Shown: piece after piece, positions 54,801-60,190 of the stretch
Numbering within the stretch: the first letter of the stretch is position 1
Layout: each line of letters starts with the position of its first letter
NCBI GenBank assembly: GCA_030265395.1
Contig: JARFYF010000053.1
Location: forward strand, 36,656,118-36,720,117
Reading direction: 5' to 3'
Source of the DNA: Rhina ancylostomus
Taxonomy: Eukaryota
DNA: 64,000 nucleotides
Notes under the pieces: model-generated
The model's database searches: none
What the model was told of the DNA's origin: nothing
What the model saw: only the letters and a program-made list of their open reading frames with translations
Program-made: the position numbers and the translations under genes

Positions 54801-57800
54801 TAAATGTAGCCTATCTTTGCGAAGAACACGAAATATCACGATACTTATAACTTCTTTGCTTAGCATTCATTCGAGATTTGAGTATGTTGACAGTGTTTGG
54901 TTTAGTCAGTGCATGGTAGACCTTAAAATGATACTATGCCGTCGTCAACTAAATTGGACGAAATCTATTTTATTGGTGTTTCCTCTGGAAATAGTATTTG
55001 ATCGATTGTCATAAGACTTGAAGAAGTGAAATGCAAATGTTATATGTTAAATTTCTGCAGTTGTTTTGAAATATGTCTTGAAAACAAGAGAGCAATTTGT
55101 GCAAAAGTAAAGCCGACAATCTAGATACTTCTGAAAGCTAAACCTCATAATATTCTGAAACAATGTTGGAAGCATATATTTATATGGAGGATAATCCAAA
55201 TATGTGGAAAGTGGCGGCGTGGAAAGTAAGTAATTAGAGGATTTATTCCATTGTACTTATTTGCGGGATAGGAATGAGGGCCGGGCGAAGAATTAATGTA
55301 ACTGATAATAAACATTTGACGTATATACAAGAATTGGAAGCAGGTAAGGTGCAAACATCAGAGCGACTGAAAACAGAGAAACGTACATTTCCTGAGCAGG
55401 ACTGAATGAAGAAAACTTTCACGTAATTCACAACGCAATAGGCATAGCATAGCACCACAGTAGCCCCCACCGCAATATATTTGATTCGAATAAAGCGAGT
55501 CTTGTTGGATGTGACGCTGTTCAGTGTAAGAACAGATTCACAAATAACAAATTGATGGAGCAACAATATCTCTTTACTCTGACATATTTATATTCGCATA
55601 GTACCAGGCGGAGAATTGAGTTGAACATGAATTATAAAACGTGGTATGGATGAATTATAACTCACGCATGCGACACTGGACAAGGAGGGACCTTCCTCGT
55701 TAAAGAAGATCTAGTCATGAGTCATGACCTTTAAGTCATGCCCGAAAGNNNNNNNNNNNNNNNNNNNNNNNNNNNNNNNNNNNNNNNNNNNNNNNNNNNN
55801 NNNNNNNNNNNNNNNNNNNNNNNNNNNNNNNNNNNNNNNNNNNNNNNNNNNNNNNNNNNNNNNNNNNNNNNNNNNNNNNNNNNNNNNNNNNNNNNNNNNN
55901 NNNNNNNNNNNNNNNNNNNNNNNNNNNNNNNNNNNNNNNNNNNNNNNNNNNNNNNNNNNNNNNNNNNNATTTTACTTCCCTCCTCAGCACACAAAATAAC
56001 CTGAAGACTTTGCCTAAGCCGATGAATACATTTGCAATGTGACTAATAAATCAGGAAGTGTCAGAACATTTTGCGGTGAAAATATAGCAATAAATCGGCT
56101 CCAAACAGAAGAGCTTGGAAAAAAGACAAAATAAATGTTTTTCATCAGATTGCGTGAAGTATCAGTACCAATATAAATTATTTGTATGCAGAAATAAATT
56201 GTCATGATCTGACGAAATTACGGCTTACTGGCTGCAAAATTACAAAAGATGAATCGTGAATTTGAAAAATTAATTGGTTTTAAGGACATATTTTGATTCA
56301 GACAGCAGAATATAATTGTACTGAGATCTTTTTTGGGTCTAATATTGAGCAATGCAATTAGATTGGGAGGAAATAAGAAATATGATACTAAAGATTTTTT
56401 TGGTAATGGACCACTGGCCCCTAATAGCGAAGCGTTAGTCGAAAGATAAAGAAAGCTTGCAACATGGCTAATCTAATGACCGTGGAGGTTTGGAATTTTC
56501 ATATCGATTGGTAAAATACAATGTTCACGGGTCAACTTGAGCAAAGTCGTTCGAAGTGGTTTGCCAATACCATTATTATGTTTGATATATTGGCTTATCA
56601 AGAAGAATTGATTGAATTTGGCCTTTGTCCTTGGAAATTAGAGGAGATATTGGTTCTCAAATGAGAACATGTGATTCTAAGTGGTATCACAGAGTATTGT
56701 TGTGAGGATATTCACAGAAGTAGAGGAACAAAATCCATGGACATAGTTTCAGTATAAAGAGACATCGACTTAAATCAGAGACGAAGAAGGACTTCCTGTT
56801 TCAAACCTTTATGACCATTTGGAATTCTGATACTTCTAGATATGTGGACGGTGATCCAGGTCTCAGATGGAAATATCTTTGTATTTTCAGGTGGAATCAT
56901 GTTTGTGGGAGATGAAGTAGCTTAGGCCAACCCTCAGGTCACGATCCCATGGAAAACTGAAACATGCTCGCTGGTCGTTTTAAAAAAAAGAGACCGACCA
57001 GAGGGGCCGAATGAACATTTTCATTTTTCATATTCTGTTACGAACCAGCAACAAAAGAAACACACGGAGACATGTATAAGTGTTAAAAACTACTTTATTA
57101 ATAACTACTTATGATAATAAGTAAAATAAAAGNNNNNNNNNNNNNNNNNNNNNNNNNNNNNNNNNNNNNNNNNNNNNNNNNNNNNNNNNNNNNNNNNNNN
57201 NNNNNNNNNNNNNNNNNNNNNNNNNNNNNNNNGTTTGTCCTGAGGAAGTATCCTGACTCCAGTCTTGTATCAGTCTGCTGCATTTGGGTTCTCTGTGAGT
57301 TTGCTCTGGGTAAACATTGTGATAGTCCTGTGTTCTCTATTCCTGTTTGAAGATTCAGTTCGTGTTGGGATTCCTACTCAGATCTCCGAGGCAAGTTTCC
57401 TTCCAGCTTCTGCTGGTGTTTGGTCCTGAGGATGTATCCTGACTCCAGTCTTATACTAGTGTGCTGCATTTGGGTTCTCTGTGAGCTTGCTCGTTGCTGA
57501 ACATTGTGACAGCATTTTGTAAATAAACCTTGAGTTCCATCCGTTATGTCTGTACCAATGTGATTGGCACCAGATTAGACCGTGGCAAGAAATTCTCTTG
57601 ATTCATTGTCAGCTAGGAAGAATTGTTCCTGTTCTCATTCTAAAGTTCGCGCCATCTTACTTTAAGACCAGTCATTTGTTATGGAGTCCCGATTGTCAGT
57701 ACCCATCCTCTCAGCATTTATCTGATCAAGACCTATGAGAAACTTACATCTCGTCAAAAATCGCCTCATGTTCTCCTGAACTCTACTGAGTAAAATTTAA

Positions 57801-58055
57801 ACATGCTCTTTTCTTTTCACATGGGGAAAACCCCTCCCGCCCAATAGTAAGTTTCTTTCAAATTACAAGAACGAATAAAAAAACACATACCATCTCTTTT
57901 CGATTTCTCTTGAAGTTCTAAAGATCGGGTAAATAATGTGCAACAAAGTTAATTTTCAAAAACAGAATCCTGGGCTAAAAATAATTTATCGAATGGCAGC
58001 ATGTATTGAATTCAACCGTCTGCTCTACCTTTCTGGCACTTCAGTAGTTTTTGTT
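853..58055 (-). CDS. Multi-exon micro-exon gene (partial, >=19 symmetric phase 1-1 exons of 21-36 nt) encoding a K/E/L-rich coiled-coil-like repeat region; possibly butyrophilin/BG-like tail
   Basis: 19 AG...GT-bounded exons, all on the minus strand, all multiples of 3 nt and open in phase 1. Joined in order they give 537 nt without a stop: xQKLLKCQK ELQEKSKRD GERKSTHDP EIDKVLRDT ARSLIAKDK EIKILKETISAL QLDTENKRD DQLVFEKDL EEKLRKQAK EIEVLNRKLADT EMKIKMFLK EDNAKSERS ARKKDPNKNT ERFFTYFNA DLDKLLQDT ARSLIEKDK EIQMLRANQKME ELANKSA EDKLRQCEK. No start or stop exon was found; further exons may be missed or lie in N gaps. Confidence 0.8.
2768..2975 (+). mobile_element. Old tRNA-derived V-SINE-like element
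   Basis: 5' tRNA-like head (ggcggccgaatggctcagcag) followed by a degenerate V-domain-like core (ttggatttcccctgtgttctcccgcttcccgacacc...taaattgcc) resembling the younger copy at 27884. Confidence 0.5.
3590..3775 (-). mobile_element. Old V-SINE-like element
   Basis: Reverse-strand hallmarks gtgcaagctacacacag, ttcgagcactggtccctggaactgcgaggc and aatttatagt. Confidence 0.45.
4664..4684 (-). CDS. 21-nt (heptad) micro-exon (E)LANKSA
   Basis: tatttctttccccag|AACTAGCAAACAAAAGTGCAG|gtgaga; strong splice sites, phase 1-1. Confidence 0.75.
6030..7140 (-). mobile_element. Penelope-like retroelement 3' part (frameshifted GIY-YIG endonuclease, pyrimidine-rich 3' region, pLTR remnant)
   Basis: ORFs 6718-7041 and 6815-7024 combine to FTCKSRVVIYCIWCSNCGL/LIGDTRSRIRDRLSEY...HTDISELGL, a GIY-YIG motif. 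Downstream cagatgaagggcctcgaccccaaaagtcga resembles the PLE terminal repeat. Confidence 0.85.
8224..8350 (-). mobile_element. Degenerate CR1 LINE endonuclease N-terminal fragment
   Basis: Minus translation ANAKCAVNKV...YDAVIITK resembles the APE start LNARSIxNK...YDIVAITETW. Confidence 0.4.
9677..9712 (-). CDS. 36-nt micro-exon (E)IQMLRANQKME
   Basis: tgtatttcag|AAATACAGATGTTGAGAGCCAACCAAAAAATGGAAG|gtaatc; same length and start as 32786 and 49619. Confidence 0.8.
11364..11390 (-). CDS. 27-nt micro-exon (A)RSLIEKDK
   Basis: ctattttcag|CGAGGTCATTGATTGAAAAGGATAAAG|gtaaac; 22/27 identical to 51604-51630. Confidence 0.88.
11630..12680 (-). mobile_element. Old, highly decayed CR1 LINE (RT C-terminal half and 3' end)
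   Basis: Degenerate CR1 motifs in antisense, e.g. cagaacaccgatctatccagtacccact (GVPQGSVLG region) and ttttcagtgacttgtgatcaaggacatccagattac. Confidence 0.55.
12830..13310 (+). mobile_element. Old CR1 LINE RT fragment
   Basis: gattggacattggaaaatgca (DWxxAN-like) and gtggtgtgtatggacttccggaagacctttaacaaggttcca (VVCMDFRKTFNKVP, cf. DFxKAFDKVP). Confidence 0.65.
13647..13673 (-). CDS. 27-nt micro-exon (D)LDKLLQDT
   Basis: catttttcattaag|ATCTTGACAAACTTCTTCAAGACACAG|gtatgc; paralogue of 53183-53209. Confidence 0.85.
15441..15845 (+). mobile_element. Solo LTR, family A (Gypsy/sushi-type), no target-site duplication
   Basis: TGTCATG...TGTGACA termini, 405 bp; near-identical copies at 40234, 57233, 59121 and 19240; flanks gaggt and tacac differ. 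Confidence 0.9.
15846..17840 (-). mobile_element. CR1 LINE 5' half: 5'UTR, ORF1 (zinc finger/leucine zipper and SGNH esterase), ORF2 APE endonuclease start; truncated at the LTR
   Basis: ORF1: CLECQMW...LPDNYIFTKC...LEQQLDDL and VVIGDSIVRGTDR...GARVRDV...HVGTNDIG. ORF2: LYLNARRVRNK...DIVAITASWL...YRKDR...GGVA and LGAVIYRPP. Frameshifts and stops are present. Confidence 0.92.
17739..17769. promoter_or_regulatory. CRE (TGACGTCA) plus NRF1-like (TGCGCAGGCGC) motif in the CR1 5'UTR; candidate internal promoter
   Basis: TGACGTCA at 17743-17750 and gcgcctgcgca at 17752-17762, within inverted repeats ccagtga/tcactgg in a CpG-rich patch. Confidence 0.4.
17840..18830 (-). mobile_element. Decayed gag-like region of an LTR retroelement/ERV
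   Basis: Collinear minus ORFs: coiled coil (AELEQYQDHSVRELDSLRDKW), DWEVLA, MAPI, then capsid-like HPRQKQSILSEPP...EFLRQL...HQLCPKD...LWDSM; internal stops. Family assignment is by resemblance only. Confidence 0.5.
19240..19332 (+). mobile_element. Family A LTR 3' fragment next to an N gap
   Basis: cagttactgcctgtgtttgtcctgaggaagtatcctgactcc...aacattgtga matches the 3' end of the LTR at 15441-15845. Confidence 0.85.
21088..21114 (-). CDS. 27-nt micro-exon (E)RFFTYFNA
   Basis: ttttacttcttttgcag|AACGATTCTTCACTTATTTTAATGCAG|gtgatt; composition is atypical (aromatic) for the series. Confidence 0.6.
21709..22398 (+). mobile_element. Solo LTR, family B, with 4-bp TSD AACC
   Basis: TGTTA...TAACA inverted termini; aacc at 21705-21708 and 22399-22402; 3' end homologous to the inverted copy at 57036. 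Confidence 0.85.
23022..23051 (-). CDS. 30-nt micro-exon (A)RKKDPNKNT
   Basis: gttacatttctag|CGAGAAAAAAGGATCCTAATAAAAACACGG|gtgagt; phase 1-1, open. Confidence 0.7.
24076..25990 (+). mobile_element. CR1 LINE, 5'-truncated ORF2 (RT) with internal deletion and 3' tail
   Basis: EPWIT, [73 protein letters not shown]; ends ctgtatgactccatgac. Confidence 0.95.
27460..27750 (+). mobile_element. CR1 LINE 3' end fragment
   Basis: NTRGHGFKVMGGKFKADIRGRFFT followed by the 3'UTR ending tgtattgtgctctaccgttctatggttcta. Confidence 0.9.
27884..28065 (+). mobile_element. tRNA-derived V-SINE-like element
   Basis: gggcggcacggtagcgtagc (A box), gggcttcaattccc (B box), then the gagtttgcaggttctccccgtgactg...gggttt...ccacattccaaagac core. 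Confidence 0.85.
29911..31010 (+). mobile_element. CR1 LINE RT 3' part
   Basis: [40 protein letters not shown]...KIKDDTKI and LVRPHLEYCVQF; 3'UTR tcgatgggccaaat. Confidence 0.95.
31274..31300 (-). CDS. 27-nt micro-exon (E)DNAKSERS
   Basis: tataattattttcag|AGGATAATGCAAAGTCTGAACGTTCTG|gtgagc; the 15-nt acceptor is identical to that of exon 853-879. Confidence 0.8.
31606..31632 (-). CDS. 27-nt micro-exon (E)MKIKMFLK
   Basis: actatgtttcag|AAATGAAAATAAAGATGTTTCTAAAAG|gtgaat. Confidence 0.72.
32786..32821 (-). CDS. 36-nt micro-exon (E)IEVLNRKLADT
   Basis: ctcttcttttgcag|AAATAGAAGTCTTGAACAGAAAGTTAGCAGACACAG|gttaga; same family as 9677 and 49619. Confidence 0.8.
38302..39309 (-). pseudogene. Decayed large exon-like reading frame (S/E/K/Q-rich, unidentified)
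   Basis: ORFs 38989-39309 and 38302-38583 share one frame; reading through gives 336 codons with only 5 internal stops in AT-rich DNA. Confidence 0.45.
39355..39445 (-). mobile_element. Short Penelope pLTR-derived repeat
   Basis: Reverse complement ctgatgcaggctttcgaacagaacaatcggc...catagatgctgctgggcccactgaattccttcag, same family as 6050-6138. Confidence 0.5.
39973..40065 (+). pseudogene. Orphan atlastin/GBP-family GTPase exon (RD motif), decayed
   Basis: tttctcag|EFLFLVRDLYNFISCYAELDGKLDFVEVALR|gggaaa aligns ungapped to atlastin [31 protein letters not shown] (recalled sequence); phase-0 acceptor, 93 nt, donor apparently mutated to GG. Confidence 0.5.
40234..40641 (+). mobile_element. Solo LTR, family A, with near-perfect 5-bp TSD
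   Basis: TGTCATG...TGTGGCA termini; flanks aatat and gatat. Confidence 0.9.
41400..42090 (+). mobile_element. Very old CR1 LINE 3' fragment
   Basis: Degenerate tgtggcaaatgaacaatcc (WQM region), gaagaaatttgattaaagtgtata (RGDLIEVY-like) and ttttcatacagtatgttgttgacctcgggacttctctgcc (FTQRVVxxWNSLP-like). Confidence 0.5.
43113..43139 (-). CDS. 27-nt micro-exon (E)EKLRKQAK
   Basis: attaccattttag|AGGAAAAGCTGAGGAAGCAAGCAAAAG|gtaaat. Confidence 0.85.
45777..45803 (-). CDS. 27-nt micro-exon (D)QLVFEKDL (NAGNAG acceptor allows 30 nt)
   Basis: tcttcccactagcag|ATCAGCTCGTCTTTGAAAAAGATCTAG|gtaatt. Confidence 0.75.
   Translation of the reverse strand: MSSSLKKI
46190..46216 (-). CDS. 27-nt micro-exon xLDTENKRD
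   Basis: tttcattttcctcag|AATTGGATACAGAAAACAAAAGAGATG|gtgagt; paralogue of 57891. Confidence 0.85.
46900..47015. repeat. Compound (TC)n/(TCTG)n microsatellite
   Basis: tctctgtctgtctctgtctc...ctctctctctcactctct. Confidence 0.85.
47940..48230 (-). mobile_element. Old CR1 LINE 3' fragment
   Basis: ttttctctgctccaaggaaaacaagcacagtc and atatgacgagcagatttgtacatagtagc match antisense CR1 ORF2 C-terminal motifs. Confidence 0.5.
49619..49654 (-). CDS. 36-nt micro-exon (E)IKILKETISAL
   Basis: tttattttcattccag|AAATAAAAATCTTGAAAGAAACTATAAGTGCTTTGC|gtaagg. Confidence 0.8.
51604..51630 (-). CDS. 27-nt micro-exon (A)RSLIAKDK
   Basis: tttttttaatttacag|CCAGGTCACTTATTGCAAAAGATAAAG|gtactt. Confidence 0.88.
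53183..53209 (-). CDS. 27-nt micro-exon (E)IDKVLRDT
   Basis: catttatatttgaag|AGATCGACAAAGTACTCCGGGACACAG|gtaagc. Confidence 0.85.
54521..54547 (-). CDS. 27-nt micro-exon (G)ERKSTHDP
   Basis: tttcatcggaacacag|GAGAAAGAAAAAGTACACACGATCCAG|gtgaag; weaker polypyrimidine tract. Confidence 0.6.
56400..56850 (+). mobile_element. Very old CR1 LINE 3' fragment
   Basis: ttggcctttgtccttggaaattagaggagatattgg (GLxSLExxRGD-like) and gaaggacttcctgtttcaaacc...tggaattct. Confidence 0.45.
57036..57132 (-). mobile_element. Family B LTR 3' end (inverted), running into an N gap
   Basis: tgttacgaaccagcaacaaaagaaac... is the reverse complement of the 22300-22398 end. Confidence 0.85.
57233..57511 (+). mobile_element. 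Two family A LTR 3' parts in tandem or nested
   Basis: The first copy ends cattgtgata (57324); the second resumes mid-LTR at gtcctgtgttctc and ends cattgtgaca (57511). Confidence 0.88.
57891..57917 (-). CDS. 27-nt micro-exon (E)LQEKSKRD
   Basis: tttacccgatctttag|AACTTCAAGAGAAATCGAAAAGAGATG|gtatgt. Confidence 0.85.
58029..58055 (-). CDS. 27-nt micro-exon xQKLLKCQK
   Basis: tttttattttaccag|AACAAAAACTACTGAAGTGCCAGAAAG|gtagag; 111-nt intron to the next micro-exon. Confidence 0.85.
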
Positions 58056-59023
58056 CTGGTAAAATAAAAATTATTAGTTCCGTTGCAAACAAGGCAGTTT
58101 ACATTTTTATAGCCACACTTAGATAATTGGGGGTTGTGTAACTTTTTCAGGAAATTGACCAGAAAAAGATGAAGACACTAGAATGAGGTGATATGACGTG
58201 GAATCACGCTGTTTCAATCTACCGTGATCGATTCTACACTGTTATCACCATCCTCAACCTCCACCACAGGACAGAGTATGCAGTGCAGACACAGACAACT
58301 GTTTGAGATGCATTACAGTTCAGGTACCATCAGCTTATTTGCCTCCGTTGCTCCGGAGGGCAAAGCGGGCCACAGGAGTTGAATCATGCTTAGATAGGGA
58401 AAGCTTCTTATATCATACGCCGTTTATATTGTTCCGAAATATGATCAGAAATCAGTGTAGAATCAATGGTAAAGTGGTGGGGTGGGGTGGAGGAGGTGTT
58501 TAAATTGATTGAAGGTTGAGTATTTTTGATTACTTCGCTTCACTTATCTTTCCATCGTGATTCCATTCAAATAATGTGAACCACTATATATTGCCGATGT
58601 GATGCTGAGGAGCCGAAGACTAAATCTATCCAAACCCCCAACTCAAGCAATTCGGAAACGTCAATTGATGCAGCAGCGAGTTTGTGTGATAAAATCCAGA
58701 ACGCCTTAGTGGCTGTTATCTGCGAAATTCCAGACTATCAAATTAAAATTAACCGTACATTTTTTGCCTTGCAAACTGCTCTCTGAAGTTTGCAAAGATA
58801 TAATAGGGATATCCAGGATGCTGCAGGTTCACAGAGAGTTCACTTTAACGATCATAGCATGATACGATGGATAGTTGGACTCCAGTAATGAAGTGGTGCG
58901 ATCGGCGCACTTTTCCGGAGTCTCTGCTTAATCCAGAATTTACTTCTTCCACAACGGCAGACGGTCAATATTTTAACGAAAAACCACTGGTCAGAGCCAG
59001 GATGATGCAGATTTTCCCAAAAC

Positions 59024-59070
59024 CATCATCATTATCATCATCATTGCCATCATCATCATTATCACCATAA
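59024..59070. repeat. Degenerate (CAT)n trinucleotide repeat
   Basis: catcatcattatcatcatcattgccatcatcatcattatcaccat. Confidence 0.7.
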
Positions 59071-59120
59071 GAAGCACCTTCTTGTCACTTTCCATTATTT
59101 CTATGCCAAAATATCGCGAG

Positions 59121-60190
59121 TGTCATGGTTCTGAGTTCTGGCCCTCAATTTGGCTCCTTTAATGCCTTGTTGTCCAGCACATGGATCCCATGCAGGACTA
59201 ATTAAATAACAGCACACACCTGAGCCCCATCAGGGGCCTAGCATAAGTACCTGGGTTTCTCCAGCACTAATTGCCAGAATATTGTTCTACCTTTGGGAAT
59301 ACTTTGGCTCCTAGTTGCTTAGAGTGGTCTAATCTGGAGCAGTCCTGTGTTCTCTATTCCTTTTGTGATCCAGTTTGTGTTGGGATTCCTCTTCAGATCT
59401 CTGAGGCAAGATTCCTTCCAGTTGCTATCAGTGTTCTCCTGAGGAAGCACTTATGGTGGCCCTCCATGGACGCTGATACTCGTTCCTTTGTTTCTTCCTG
59501 TACTGTCTGCGCCCGTGGAAAAGCCTCCTACCGACCACCTTCTGGACCTCTTCGCCCCTTACCTGTACCTAGCCGTCCGTGGTCCCGTATTGCCCTGGAT
59601 TTTGTCACGGGACTGCTCCTTTCTCACGAGAACACTGTAGTCCTCACCATGGACCGCTTGTCCAAAGCAGTTCATTTTGTTGCCCTTCCCAAACTCCATA
59701 CAGCTCGGGAGACAGCTGACTTGGTTGTCCAACATGTCTTCCGTCTCCACGGGATTCCTGCAGACATTGTCTCCGNNNNNNNNNNNNNNNNNNNNNNNNN
59801 NNNNNNNNNNNNNNNNNNNNNNNNNNNNNNNNNNNNNNNNNNNNNNNNNNNNNNNNNNNNNNNNNNNNNNNNNNNCCAGCATGGAATCCATGTGCTGGAC
59901 AACAAGGTATTAATAGAGCCAAATTGAGGGCCAGAACTCAGAACCATGACAACCTTTGAGTATACTTTGGCTCCTAGTTGCTTAGAGTTGTCTGATCTGG
60001 AGCAGTCCTGTGTTCTATATTCCTTTTCAAAGATCCAGTTTGTGTTGGGATTTCTCTTCAGATCTCTGTGGCAAGATTCCTTCCAGTTGCTGCCTGTGTT
60101 TGTCCTGAAGAAGTATCCTGATTCCAGTCTTGTATCGGTGTGCCGCATTTGGGTTGTCTGCGAGCTTGCTCTTTAATCAACATTGTGACA
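59121..60190 (+). mobile_element. Rearranged Ty3/Gypsy (sushi-like) element: partial 5' LTR, integrase fragment, inverted LTR piece, partial 3' LTR
   Basis: LTR A at 59121-59447; integrase HLWWPSM...CTVCARGK...[13 protein letters not shown]...DRLSKAVHF...[13 protein letters not shown] at 59436-59775; inverted LTR start at 59876-59951; LTR 3' part to TGTGACA at 60190. Confidence 0.93.

Noticed and set aside
59020-59090. Poly-His (plus) or poly-Asp (minus) tract, briefly suggesting a PTPRZ1-like exon
   Set aside because: Explained by a degenerate (CAT)n microsatellite; flanking frames are closed and show no further similarity.
15441-60190. Recurrent conserved sequence as a CRISPR-like or novel repeat array
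   Set aside because: The copies are dispersed TG...CA LTRs tied to a Gypsy integrase; there is no repeat-spacer periodicity and no cas genes.
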